Translations under genes and position numbers: made by a program
Shown: positions 37,447 to 47,567 of the stretch, piece by piece
Position numbering within the stretch: the stretch's first letter is position 1
Layout of the letters: every line of letters begins with the position of its first letter
Assembly: GCA_046350735.1 (NCBI GenBank)
Contig: JAXLZU010000001.1
Coordinates: 684,462 to 748,461 of the forward strand
DNA: 64,000 bases
Reading direction: 5' to 3'
Origin: Candidatus Saccharimonadota bacterium
GTDB taxonomy: Bacteria > Patescibacteriota > Saccharimonadia > CAILAD01 > BJGX01
The notes under the pieces: generated by a model
The model's input: the letters and a program-made list of their open reading frames with translations, nothing else
Databases searched by the model: none
Told to the model about the DNA's origin: nothing

Positions 37447-38949
37447 TTAACTATGTACCCAAACAGGTGTGCCAACAGGTGCCCAGCCATATAAGAATGC
37501 TGCAGAACTAGCAGACATATTCACACAGCCGTGACTACCATTGTAGTAATAGTCAGATCCGCCATAACCCGAGCGCCATCTATCTGCATCGTGCAAACCA
37601 TAACCGTTATAAAACGGCATCCAGTAATCAACAAAAACATTGTAGTTATATCCATACTGCGCACCATTAAGGTATCTGCTACGTTCTTTGGCATAAATTG
37701 CAAATGTACCAGTTACGGTACCAAATCCCGCACCCGTTGCACCGCTGGTAATAGGGGCATTAAAGACAACTTGTCCATCTTGCCAGGCCCAGAGATGCTG
37801 CTGGCGCAATGATACTTCAATATATTGTGGGTAATCTAAGCCACCAATTCCTCCAAAAGCATTTGTCTGAGTCTTAAAGGCTACCGGTGAAGCATTTAGA
37901 TTAAAGCTAATGTCTTGATTAGCATTCAGCCCGGCCACTATTGCGTCAATTGCTGGCCCCTGATTAACCGCCAGACCATCAACACCTTCTTGAGTTACCG
38001 AGCTAGTGCCATTGGCTACTGTTATTATTTTGTTTTTTGGTGCAATATTTATTTGGTTTGCAACTGACTGAACATAACCCGCAACTTGCTCTGGAGATAT
38101 TTTAGCAACTAAATGTTTTTTATCATCCTGCCCATCTTGCACTTCAAAAACTATCATATGCCCAATAGCATTCTTATCGGCAATAAAACTTTTGCCGTTG
38201 TACGTCAAAACAATTTGTTTGCTCAAAAGCATCTCAGCACTAGCACGGGCTGCAGACAAATCAGCTACTTGAATATCGGCCTTTTGTACCTCTGGGCGTA
38301 ATGTAATGTTTTCGTCTTGACCATCACTCAGTGCCGACTGAATGATTTTACTTAGAGCTTTCTGGTCTATTCGCAATCCATCTTGGTCTGGCTGGTCGGT
38401 AATAACACCTTCATTTATCACTAGCGTAGCATTAATAGGGTCATGACCAACTGAATCTACCACAGAAGAAGTAAAAGCTTTTAGTTTTACCAGGTCTAGA
38501 TTGTACGCCAACCCTAACTGACCGTTTCTCTCACTGGCAAAAATACCAAAGATTGGTAAAAGTGAATTTTTACCTACGCTGTAGGCAGTATTAGCTGTAG
38601 TAATCAAATCATAATTCGACCCCAATTCTGTATCGGTGGTTGTAAACACCTTATCGCCGACCTTGAGGGTAAAGTTACGTTTGGTTTCTATTTGACGCAA
38701 ACTCTGAATGGCTTCAGCTCGGGTTTTAAAACTTAGATCGTGGCCAGCCACCGACACACCTGGGTAAATCCTGCCAGTTAATAGAGCTGCCACAATACCG
38801 TTAATACAAAGAAACGCTAATAGTGCCCCTAGTACTACGAATTGTATTCTAGCCACGGGACTTGGCTTTTGGCCAGACTTGCTTAACGACTTTGGCAGAG
38901 CAAAGCGATGTGTATAAGGTGGGGTATTAGGTTGCTGTTGTTTTGGCAT
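37447..38949 (-). CDS. L,D-transpeptidase (YkuD) with peptidoglycan-binding repeats
   Basis: N-terminal TM; IEVSLRQQHL; GYGLHDA and GSHGCVN catalytic motifs. Confidence 0.9.
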   Translation of the reverse strand: MPKQQQPNTPPYTHRFALPKSLSKSGQKPSPVARIQFVVLGALLAFLCINGIVAALLTGRIYPGVSVAGHDLSFKTRAEAIQSLRQIETKRNFTLKVGDKVFTTTDTELGSNYDLITTANTAYSVGKNSLLPIFGIFASERNGQLGLAYNLDLVKLKAFTSSVVDSVGHDPINATLVINEGVITDQPDQDGLRIDQKALSKIIQSALSDGQDENITLRPEVQKADIQVADLSAARASAEMLLSKQIVLTYNGKSFIADKNAIGHMIVFEVQDGQDDKKHLVAKISPEQVAGYVQSVANQINIAPKNKIITVANGTSSVTQEGVDGLAVNQGPAIDAIVAGLNANQDISFNLNASPVAFKTQTNAFGGIGGLDYPQYIEVSLRQQHLWAWQDGQVVFNAPITSGATGAGFGTVTGTFAIYAKERSRYLNGAQYGYNYNVFVDYWMPFYNGYGLHDADRWRSGYGGSDYYYNGSHGCVNMSASSAAFLYGWAPVGTPVWVHS

Positions 38950-39005
38950 AACTACCTGGTAATTTTAGTATTGTCTATTATTATACCTCTTATGCTTAGA
39001 AAAAG

Positions 39006-41789
39006 TCAGACTATTTTACTCTTACTTATAGTGTTGCTCGTTAACAACCCGTTTTCTATGCTGTTCATATGCTTTGCTATCTCCTTCTGACTAGGGTTAG
39101 CTCCACAATCTATCCAAATTCTCATACTTACCCGCTTCTTATTCGCGCCAGCTAGTTCTTCGCTGGTGAATTCTTGGATAAATTGTATGCGAGATACATG
39201 TTTTTGCGATTTTGTAATCAATGCAATATCTTGCCAAAGAATTTCATTAGATAATTCTAACGTAAGATCTCGACTAACAAGTTGGTAGGGGAGAGATGGT
39301 ACCGATTTTTGGGCAATTTCGGTAAAGATAGATTGATCGGGCAAAGTTAGTTCTGCAAAACTTACTTCTTCATTAATTGAGAATTTTTTTAGACAAACAG
39401 GTTTTATTTGTCCATAAACTCCTTTTACCTCGGGTATACGCTGGCTTTGCAAAATAGCAGTTCTACCAGCCAAGAAATTGTCTTCTTCACTCCGGCTATA
39501 TGTAAAGGCCAGTTGATAACGACTTTCACACATATCGAGTACACTCTTTATTCTCTCAAGCCCGTTTTGACCAACTGCAGTTATTGCCAATCGCCAACCT
39601 TCTTCTGCTAGTGTCTTCGAGCGAGGAGATTTATTATAGATTCGTGCAAGCTCAAAGAATCCATACTCTTTTTGATAAAATGTATTGTTTCGCGCTGCTG
39701 TCTGCAAATGACTACTTAAGAGTGAGTTGCGCAAATAGGCTTGTTCTTTACTCATAGGGTTTTCTATTGCCAGCACACTAGTTGGATCAATAGTAGTGTC
39801 TAGCAGATCTTGCTGACTAACAAAAGAGTATGTAGTTACTTCAAATAGTCCAGCTGCTACCAAATCTTCGCGCATACCCATTAGCCCGGGTAACATCTGA
39901 TGATCAGACGTTTCCATAGGAGGTAATTCGGGCAATTCGCTCGGCATATTTTCATAACCCACTATCTTAGCTGCCTCTTCTATCAGGTCGACTTCTTTGG
40001 TAATATCAGTACGCCACCAGGGTGCAACAACTGCAATTATATGATTAAAGCTACTAACATAACGCCGTGCTCCTTTAAAACTAGGGTTAGTAGTATAACT
40101 TTCGAGTGATGTATAGCGCACATCGGCCGTTTTGCGCTGTTTATATCTACCAGTTTTAGCATCAAACTCATATTCGCTAGCCTCTATAACTTGGTTTTTA
40201 CCCAAATACATACCAACATGCCCTATATCGCCGCGGCTTTTGGCGTCTAATTTTTCCCAGTGCCCAGAGTAAAATAGCAGATCTCCAGGCTTGAGATTAT
40301 CTTTGTCGACAGGCTTTCCAGAGTTAAATTGTTGCTGTGCAGTGTGCCCAATAGTTATACCAATTTTTGAATATATTCTCTCTACTAAATACGAGCAGTC
40401 AAAAGCGTCTTCGCCGTTTTTCTTAAAGCTAGCACCATATACATAGGGTTTACCAAGATGTTTTTTAGCCTCGCTCGAGAGAGAAAAGTGTTCTGCACTA
40501 AACCCACGCGCACGCAACCCTTCAATTATTTCTTTTTCATTCAGCTTTGTACCAAGCACCATTTCTGCCCGGCGCTGACGCAAACCAACATACGATATCC
40601 ATGGCCATGCATATAATTGATCATTTACTTCATCAAGCAACTCGGCATGACAAATTTCTTTCAATAATTGTGCAGCTCGCTCAAAAGCAAAACAGGGAAG
40701 GGGGAGTGGGAGACCTTTCTCGAATCGAGTACTTGCCTCAGAACGTAAGCCGTGACGCAGTGCACTTCTTCGAATAGTAGTTTTATTAAAGTTAGCAACT
40801 TCTAAGACAATCTCTTGTGTTTGGTTACTTACTTCGCTACTGGCTCCACCCATTACACCTGCCAGTCCAATGGCACCCGAATTATCTGCAATCACTAAGT
40901 CCTCTTTGCTTAGCTTTCTTTCTACGCCATCCAAAGTAGAGAGGGCTTCACCGGCTTTGGCAAATCGCACCTGCAAAGCACCACTAAGTTTTTTTCTATC
41001 ATAAGCATGACTTGGTTGGCCAGTTTCTAACATCACATAGTTAGTAATATCTACAACGGGGTGAATAGCACGCATCCCTGAAGCTTCTAAGTTTTCCACA
41101 ATCCAAGCCGGAGTCTCGACATTGTTATTAATACGAAATGCTGCGCTGACAAATCGCTCACACTCCCCAGTTTCCTTGACTTTCACCACTTCTCTGTTTT
41201 TATATTCAATTTTCTGTCGTTCTGGTTCTACAATCTGGTTTTTAGAAGAATTAGCAGAAATTTCGCGCGCCAAACCCAAAACCGACAATAAGTCCCACCG
41301 GTTTGCAGGCGTCTTAACATCCACAATATCGGTCATATTCTCTATGTCGCACAATGATATTCCAAGGGGGAGATCAGGGTCGAGCTCTAACAAGCCGGTA
41401 TGGTCACTACCCATGCCTAGCTCTTTTGCCGATGCCAGCATTCCGGCCGACATTTCGCCACGAATTTCTCGCTCACCAATTACAAAATCTTCCGGTAAGA
41501 CACTACCGGGCTGAGCATATGCTACCACCAAACCTTTTCGAACATTGGGCGCGCCGCAGACAACTCGACGTGTAGTGTTGCCAAACTCTATATCTACCAA
41601 GTGTAATTTATCAGCATTTGGATGGTCTATTACATTTACCACTTTGGCAATAATTACTTTTTTATCTAACTTGGGTGGCGTAATAACTTCTTCTATTTCT
41701 ACCTCGGTACGCTCTAATGCTGCCACAATCTCATCAGTAGAAAGAGATTTTTTTAGATAACGATTTAGCCATTGTATACGTACTTTCAT
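39006..41789 (-). CDS. pheT: Phenylalanine-tRNA ligase beta subunit with inserted NlpC/P60 domain
   Basis: HPNADKL, VVCGAPN, NRWDLLS, VDITNYV, RFEKG, WRTDI...DLIEE, NPMS...LRNSL; ~140 aa insert containing FDCS and GHVG. Confidence 0.95.
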   Translation of the reverse strand: MKVRIQWLNRYLKKSLSTDEIVAALERTEVEIEEVITPPKLDKKVIIAKVVNVIDHPNADKLHLVDIEFGNTTRRVVCGAPNVRKGLVVAYAQPGSVLPEDFVIGEREIRGEMSAGMLASAKELGMGSDHTGLLELDPDLPLGISLCDIENMTDIVDVKTPANRWDLLSVLGLAREISANSSKNQIVEPERQKIEYKNREVVKVKETGECERFVSAAFRINNNVETPAWIVENLEASGMRAIHPVVDITNYVMLETGQPSHAYDRKKLSGALQVRFAKAGEALSTLDGVERKLSKEDLVIADNSGAIGLAGVMGGASSEVSNQTQEIVLEVANFNKTTIRRSALRHGLRSEASTRFEKGLPLPLPCFAFERAAQLLKEICHAELLDEVNDQLYAWPWISYVGLRQRRAEMVLGTKLNEKEIIEGLRARGFSAEHFSLSSEAKKHLGKPYVYGASFKKNGEDAFDCSYLVERIYSKIGITIGHTAQQQFNSGKPVDKDNLKPGDLLFYSGHWEKLDAKSRGDIGHVGMYLGKNQVIEASEYEFDAKTGRYKQRKTADVRYTSLESYTTNPSFKGARRYVSSFNHIIAVVAPWWRTDITKEVDLIEEAAKIVGYENMPSELPELPPMETSDHQMLPGLMGMREDLVAAGLFEVTTYSFVSQQDLLDTTIDPTSVLAIENPMSKEQAYLRNSLLSSHLQTAARNNTFYQKEYGFFELARIYNKSPRSKTLAEEGWRLAITAVGQNGLERIKSVLDMCESRYQLAFTYSRSEEDNFLAGRTAILQSQRIPEVKGVYGQIKPVCLKKFSINEEVSFAELTLPDQSIFTEIAQKSVPSLPYQLVSRDLTLELSNEILWQDIALITKSQKHVSRIQFIQEFTSEELAGANKKRVSMRIWIDCGANPSQKEIAKHMNSIENGLLTSNTISKSKIV

Positions 41790-42772
41790 ACAAATTGCTC
41801 CAAGAATTCAAAACGTGGTCGCCATAGCTCGCGTAAGTCATCAAGTCCATATTTAATTGCAGCAATTCGCTCGGCACCCCAACCAAATGCAAAACCAGTG
41901 TATTTTTCAGGATCAATACCGCCATTTTGCAATACCACTGGGTTAATCATTCCAGCTCCACCCAATTCGAGCCATTGGCCTTTATAGCGACAGTCAAGTT
42001 CTACCGAAGGCTCGGTGTACGGAAAATAACTTGGCCTAAATCGTATGTCAGCCTCTGGCCCCAAGATACCCTGTACTACATGTAAGAGTGTTCCTTTTAG
42101 TTGTGCCATCGAAACTCCCTCACCCACTACAAGCCCTTCAATCTGATGGAATGCCCAAATATGAGTTACGTCCTCGTCTTCATTTCGAAATACTCTACCT
42201 GGTACAATAATTTTAAATGGTGGCTTATTGGCCTCCATAAACCGTACTTGCATTCCAGATGTATGGGTACGAGGCAGAACATCTAACTTGCCGTTGTTTT
42301 TTATGTAAAATGTGTCTTGCATCTCACGTGCGGGGTGAGATGCCGGCATATTAAGAGCTTCAAAGTTGTACCAATCTGTTTCTATCTCGCTACTATCTAC
42401 AACTGCAAATCCTAAATCTGAAAAGATTTTGTAGGTTTCTTGTAATACTCTGCTGGCAGGATGCATATGTCCGTAAGGCTGTTCAAACCTTTCACCAGGT
42501 AGAGAGATATCTTTTATAGGAAACTGTTGCGATGCCACAAGCTGTTCACGCGCTTCTGTAATAGCGTGTTCTATTTGGTTTTTTAATACGTTTAGGTCTT
42601 TACCCTTCTTGGCTTTCTCTTCTGTACTTAAGCCAGGCAACAAACGGAGTTGCTCAGATATAAAACTATTACTACCGAGATACTTAGATTTAACCTGAGC
42701 AATGGCGTGCTCATTACTCGCCTGCTTTAAATCAGCCTCCAGGTTTTTAAGAATGTTGGTTTGAGAGGTCAT
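41786..42772 (-). CDS. pheS: Phenylalanine-tRNA ligase alpha subunit
   Basis: NFEALN, HPAREMQDTFY, RTHTS, FHQIEGL, FRPSYFPYTEPS, GFAFGWG. Confidence 0.98.
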   Translation of the reverse strand: MTSQTNILKNLEADLKQASNEHAIAQVKSKYLGSNSFISEQLRLLPGLSTEEKAKKGKDLNVLKNQIEHAITEAREQLVASQQFPIKDISLPGERFEQPYGHMHPASRVLQETYKIFSDLGFAVVDSSEIETDWYNFEALNMPASHPAREMQDTFYIKNNGKLDVLPRTHTSGMQVRFMEANKPPFKIIVPGRVFRNEDEDVTHIWAFHQIEGLVVGEGVSMAQLKGTLLHVVQGILGPEADIRFRPSYFPYTEPSVELDCRYKGQWLELGGAGMINPVVLQNGGIDPEKYTGFAFGWGAERIAAIKYGLDDLRELWRPRFEFLEQFV

Positions 42773-43167
42773 ACTTTTTTCTTTCTGGTACGAAAATAGA
42801 TTTCGATTACCACCACTACAAGAATAAATAAGATAATATCACGAATACTCAGGCTTCTCAAACTCGAGAGCGCTAACAATATTGATACAGTAAATCCTAC
42901 CAAGAAACCTGTACGAAGTGAGCTGGTTAAGGCTTTAGTGGCAGTTAATCGATATTCTTCATGGCGCAGTTTCCATAGAAAGCCAAGCAAGGCAATTAAG
43001 CTACCAACACTTACTAATATACCAATAAACCAAAAAGTAATACCTGCTGGGCCCAATTTAGCAGGAGTATATGCTAGTAAGGCATAGATTACTCCAAGAG
43101 TGGACAATACTAGTGATGTAACCAAACCAAATATAGAAATAAGTATTACTGAGCGTTGAGAAATCAT
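42769..43167 (-). CDS. Four-TM membrane protein
   Basis: Hydrophobic ORF translationally coupled to pheS. Confidence 0.75.
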   Translation of the reverse strand: MISQRSVILISIFGLVTSLVLSTLGVIYALLAYTPAKLGPAGITFWFIGILVSVGSLIALLGFLWKLRHEEYRLTATKALTSSLRTGFLVGFTVSILLALSSLRSLSIRDIILFILVVVVIEIYFRTRKKKV

Positions 43168-43479
43168 AGTTAGTACCTTCTATTGTACTGGTTTAGAGCA
43201 TTTCCATCAAATCGTGCTATTTGATCAAATAATATACTCAATATTGTATACATTTTTTATTTTATGATACTTATTTATACTATTGAACACTTATTTTGTA
43301 CTTATGATATTAGTCAAAATATTATATGTACACTATTTAGTTATTCGATTTGTAATAATACCCAGCGTAGCAATGTCTGTGTCACTATCAAACCAAAAAA
43401 CCGAACACATTATGCTCGACCTGTGGATATTGTGTATAAGTTGCAAAATATTTTGTCAGTGGTTATTAACAATAAATAA

Positions 43480-44751
43480 TTACATACCATTTTTAGGCAA
43501 GCCGATATCATTTCGGTACTGCATGCCACTAAATTCTATCTTTTTAATTGCACAATAAGCCTTATTTCTTGCCTCCTCAATAGAATTGCCATATGCTGTA
43601 ACGCTTAATACTCTTCCGCCGCTCGATAATAAGGTTTTTTCTTCTCGTTTAGTGCCGGCATGGAATACTACAACGTTATCCTTGTGATTTACGCTTTTTA
43701 CGCCTTTAATAGCTCTTCCTGTCTGTGTATTAACAGGGTAGCCAGCTGAAGCTAATGTTACACATATACCATAGCCATTTTTCCAGACTAGCTCAGTTTC
43801 AGACAGGTTTTCTTCTGTGCAGCGCCACAGCATATCAAAAAGGTCACTTTCTAATAATCTCATGTAGGTTTGACATTCAGGATCACCAAAACGTGCATTA
43901 TATTCAATTACCTTAATCCCCTTCTTAGTAATCATTAATCCTGGATACAAACAACCAATAAAAGGATGTCCTACTTTTGCCAACTCATCAATAATTGGCT
44001 TTACAATCTTCTGACCAATAAATGTGAGATCTTTGGCACTTAAAACATCTACAGGGGCCACAACACCCATACCGCCGGTATTTGGCCCCTTATCACCATC
44101 ATAAATAGCCTTATTGTCCTGACTAATAGGAAACAGCTCGAAATTTTTACCATCACAAATAGCATGCACCGAAAGTTCATACCCAGTCAAATACTCTTCA
44201 ATAATTACGGTATTTCCAGATTCACCAAACATATGCTCCAGCATAACCCTCTTCAACCAGTCCTGTGCTTCATTAAGTGAGTTACAAATAGATACTCCTT
44301 TGCCTAACGCTAAGCCGCTAGCTTTTAGTACTAACGGAAACTCTTGTTTCGACAAATAATCGAGCGCTTTATAATAATCGGTAAATACCCGGAAACTTGC
44401 TGTTGGAATATTTAGTCGCTGCATTAGCTCTTTTGCAAAAGATTTAGAAGATTCTATCTGGGCAGTATGTTTGTCCGGGCCAAAAATACGTAAGCCAGAC
44501 CTTCTAAATTCGTCTGTCACTCCTGCAGCCAAAGCATCATCGACACCTACCACCGTAAGGTCTATTAACTTCTCTCGAGCAAACATAACCAAGTTTTTTA
44601 TATCAGTTGGAGAGATTGCAATATTCTTGCCAAGTTCTTCTGTACCACCATTACCGGGTGCAAAAAATAATTCACTAACCTTTTTAGATTGCTTTAGTTT
44701 CCAACCTAAAGCATGTTCTCTACCTCCACCGCCAATAATTAATACCTTCAT
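43480..44751 (-). CDS. purD: Phosphoribosylamine-glycine ligase
   Basis: MKVLIIGGGGREHAL, APGNGG, GLALGKGV, GPNTGGMG, EYNARFGDPE, GGRVL. Start taken as ATG 44751. Confidence 0.95.
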   Translation of the reverse strand: MKVLIIGGGGREHALGWKLKQSKKVSELFFAPGNGGTEELGKNIAISPTDIKNLVMFAREKLIDLTVVGVDDALAAGVTDEFRRSGLRIFGPDKHTAQIESSKSFAKELMQRLNIPTASFRVFTDYYKALDYLSKQEFPLVLKASGLALGKGVSICNSLNEAQDWLKRVMLEHMFGESGNTVIIEEYLTGYELSVHAICDGKNFELFPISQDNKAIYDGDKGPNTGGMGVVAPVDVLSAKDLTFIGQKIVKPIIDELAKVGHPFIGCLYPGLMITKKGIKVIEYNARFGDPECQTYMRLLESDLFDMLWRCTEENLSETELVWKNGYGICVTLASAGYPVNTQTGRAIKGVKSVNHKDNVVVFHAGTKREEKTLLSSGGRVLSVTAYGNSIEEARNKAYCAIKKIEFSGMQYRNDIGLPKNGM

Positions 44752-44766
44752 TACGCTTATCATAAC

Positions 44767-44798
44767 AAAAAAAACCACCCTACTGGCAGTAAAGTGGT
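44767..44798 (-). terminator. Intrinsic terminator ending the long non-coding transcript
   Basis: ACCACTTTACT-GCC-AGTAGGGTGGT followed by a T run on the minus strand. Confidence 0.7.
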
Positions 44799-45303
44799 AA
44801 CTTTTCAACAAAATTTGGTTACGGGCCAACGTATCTGCCCTTAATAGAATTAACTAAATGGCACACGCTGGCCCGAAGGCCAACTCTCAGCAGAACCGAA
44901 AGTAGCCGATGTAAGCTGTCAAGGCGCATATATGCATCAGTTACTGAAATACACGGTTGACGACTTCCCAACCATCCGTATGGCAGACCGGCCAGGATTC
45001 GCGCTCCAAAGTATTTAGAGAGCAAGTCCTAGCCGACTCCTTCGGGTGAAGATAGACAAGGTACAAAAATTTACAGAACAGCAGAAATAACTATCTTAGT
45101 TTGCCCCTCGAACAGTAGGGAAAAACTGGCTATAAAAAGCAAGGGGGCTGCCTTTTATGAGCCAGACTTCCCCTACCGTATTAGGTTGAAATTGGTTTAA
45201 ATAGAGATACTTTTATAGAGATCAAGTATCGTCATAGAATGCGTAAAGAATTTGTGGCATGGTTTTTGTGTTGGTTTTTATTTTTATTTGAAAGAACAAT
45301 GTT
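44767..45303 (-). ncRNA. Putative large structured ncRNA or purD leader (~540 nt), family unassigned
   Basis: Consensus promoter upstream, terminator downstream, no credible ORF, and multiple long hairpins including a cUUCGg tetraloop. Confidence 0.55.
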
Positions 45304-45309
45304 AAGACT

Positions 45310-45338
45310 ATTGTAGCAAACGCTTATGCTAATGTCAA
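45310..45338 (-). promoter_or_regulatory. Consensus sigma70 promoter
   Basis: TTGACA-17 nt-TACAAT; the spacer contains the AGCATAAG motif. Confidence 0.8.
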
Positions 45339-45390
45339 TGGTTTTTAACGTATTTATTACATATACATCTGTTGAAATATGTAGTATATT

Positions 45391-46374
45391 TTACAATAAA
45401 CCTATTTTGTCTTTTACTTCTCGCAGCTTTTCATTCGCAATTTCGGCCGCCTTAGCACTTCCTGAATCTATTACTTTGTCTAACATAGCTTCATTATCGC
45501 GAATTTTATAAAACTCAGCTTGTAGTTTTGTTAGCTTCTCTACTACCAACTCTGCTAGCTCAGATTTAAAGTCTCCATATCCCTTACCTATAAACCGCTT
45601 TTCTATTTGAGCGATATCTTCTCCGCTAAAGCCTGCATAAATCTCTAACAGATTAGAAACTGCTGGCTTACCCTTCTTGTCATATACTATCTTATTGTCC
45701 GAATCTGTAACAGCTCGTTTAAATTTCTTACGAATATCATCTGGTGTTTCGGCCAGCATTATAAAACTTTCTGGATGATCACTCTTACTCATTTTCTTGG
45801 TTGGATCATCAAGACTCATTATTCGAGCACCAGACTTTGGAATAGTTGCTTTCGGCAGAATAAAAGTATTACCATAGAGTCGATTAAATCTCTCTGCAAT
45901 GGTACGAGCAAGTTCTAAATGCTGCCGCTGATCTTCTCCAACAGGTACTTCATCTGCACTATAAAGCAAAATATCGGCTGCCATTAAGACTGGGTAGTTA
46001 AACAACCCAACCAATTGTCCCTCGGGGCCCAGTTTTTGTGACTTATCTTTATATTCAGTCATTCTTCCAAGCTCACCCATAGTCACGTAGTTATCGAGAA
46101 TCCAACACAGTTCGGCATGTGCAGCCACCTTAGACTGTACAAGTATAATCGATTGCTTTGGGTCTAAACCTACTGTAATAAGCCAGGCTACTAGATCATA
46201 TGTGCGTTTTTTTAGCTGTTCTGGATCTTGTCGGACTGTTATAGCGTGTGCATTAGGTACGAAGAAAATAGTCCGTGCCATACCTTGTTGAGACGGCCAA
46301 TACCTCATGGCTCCAAGATAATTACCAATTGTCATATCACCAGATGGTTTTAATCCTGAAAATACCGTTTTCAT
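45391..46374 (-). CDS. trpS: Tryptophan-tRNA ligase
   Basis: PSGDMTIGNY, YPVLMAADIL, VPVGEDQ, KMSKS. Confidence 0.97.
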   Translation of the reverse strand: MKTVFSGLKPSGDMTIGNYLGAMRYWPSQQGMARTIFFVPNAHAITVRQDPEQLKKRTYDLVAWLITVGLDPKQSIILVQSKVAAHAELCWILDNYVTMGELGRMTEYKDKSQKLGPEGQLVGLFNYPVLMAADILLYSADEVPVGEDQRQHLELARTIAERFNRLYGNTFILPKATIPKSGARIMSLDDPTKKMSKSDHPESFIMLAETPDDIRKKFKRAVTDSDNKIVYDKKGKPAVSNLLEIYAGFSGEDIAQIEKRFIGKGYGDFKSELAELVVEKLTKLQAEFYKIRDNEAMLDKVIDSGSAKAAEIANEKLREVKDKIGLL

Positions 46375-46438
46375 CTTGCAGCAAATACCTTTCTACGCTA
46401 AAGCTTTTTTCTAACTAATACTGTAAATTATATCATAG

Positions 46439-47515
46439 CTAGTCTTCTAAATGAGGCTTCTCGATAACAAGCTGCTCTACAGCTTCATCGGTTGTTGCGA
46501 TTTTTACTACATCCTTATCAATTTTCTTTAATTCTTTGTGTGCAGTATTGTAGTGGTTTACCGTGGTACCAAGAGAGTTACCAAGCTTATGCATATATTC
46601 ATCATAGTTAACAAGGTGTTTACCTAGCTGACCAACCCGTTTTTGAATCTCTTTGGCCTGTTCTTCTATCTGCAGACTGCGCAACCCTTGCATCACCGTC
46701 TGTAGATATGCCATAAACGATGTTGGCGAGACAATAATGACACGCTTGTCACGAAAAGCATACTCTATAAGATCTTGTGAGCTGGTCTGAATAGTCCCTA
46801 CCTTGTTTACTAACAAATCGTAATAGATAGCCTCAGAAGGTATAAACATAAATGCAAAATCCATAGTGTACTCATCTGGGCGAATGTATTTTGAAGTTTC
46901 ATCAATTCTGCCCTTTAAGTCAGCCTTAAACTGCTTAATAAGTGCATCCCGCTTCTCTTTATCTTTTGCTTCTACTACTCTATTGTAGTTTTCCAAGCTA
47001 AACTTTGAGTCTATTGGTAACACCTTACCCTGATCTAAGAAGATGGCCGCGTCAACTATCTCACCATTTTTAAACTTATACTGTAATTGATATCTATCTG
47101 GTGGCATAGTATTTTTGAGAATCTCACCCAAATAATATTCACCTAATACACCACGTTGTTTAGGATTAGAAAGCACATTTTGTAGAGTCTTAAGCTCGTC
47201 TGCAACATCTACCACCCTTCTATTGGTCTCATCTAGTTTGGTAAGTCTAGTAGTGACTTCTTGAATAAGTCTAGATGACTCACTCATTTGCTTATGCATA
47301 CTACTCTGCATGGTTGCATTATTTCTATCTATTCGCTCATGCATTGCCTCTTGTGTCTTACTAAGGGTTTGGTTAAGCGACTCGAGGTCTTGTTTGATAT
47401 AGCCTAGGGAGGAATCATCTTTTAACCTGGCTAGTTTAGATTGAAAAGACAGATATAGACCAAGAAATCCAACTATTAATATTATTACCATTAAGAATAA
47501 TAAAAAAGTAATCAT
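46439..47515 (-). CDS. rmuC: DNA recombination protein RmuC
   Basis: N-terminal TM and coiled coil; RGVLGEYYL, IDSKF, FMFIPSEA, VSPTS. Confidence 0.92.
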   Translation of the reverse strand: MITFLLFLMVIILIVGFLGLYLSFQSKLARLKDDSSLGYIKQDLESLNQTLSKTQEAMHERIDRNNATMQSSMHKQMSESSRLIQEVTTRLTKLDETNRRVVDVADELKTLQNVLSNPKQRGVLGEYYLGEILKNTMPPDRYQLQYKFKNGEIVDAAIFLDQGKVLPIDSKFSLENYNRVVEAKDKEKRDALIKQFKADLKGRIDETSKYIRPDEYTMDFAFMFIPSEAIYYDLLVNKVGTIQTSSQDLIEYAFRDKRVIIVSPTSFMAYLQTVMQGLRSLQIEEQAKEIQKRVGQLGKHLVNYDEYMHKLGNSLGTTVNHYNTAHKELKKIDKDVVKIATTDEAVEQLVIEKPHLED

Positions 47516-47567
47516 ACACTCATTATACAGACCAAATGTACGAACACAATACGAATATAGAGAAGTT

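Noticed and set aside
43170-43478. AT-rich gap with two DnaA-box-like 9-mers (~43422-43440) as oriC or dif, and its short ORFs
   Set aside because: Only two boxes, no dnaA/dnaN nearby and no convincing dif consensus; the ORFs look like low-complexity noise.
44767-45303. RNase P RNA, SRP RNA or a known purine/ZTP riboswitch
   Set aside because: The conserved signature sequences were not found by eye, so the region is left unassigned.
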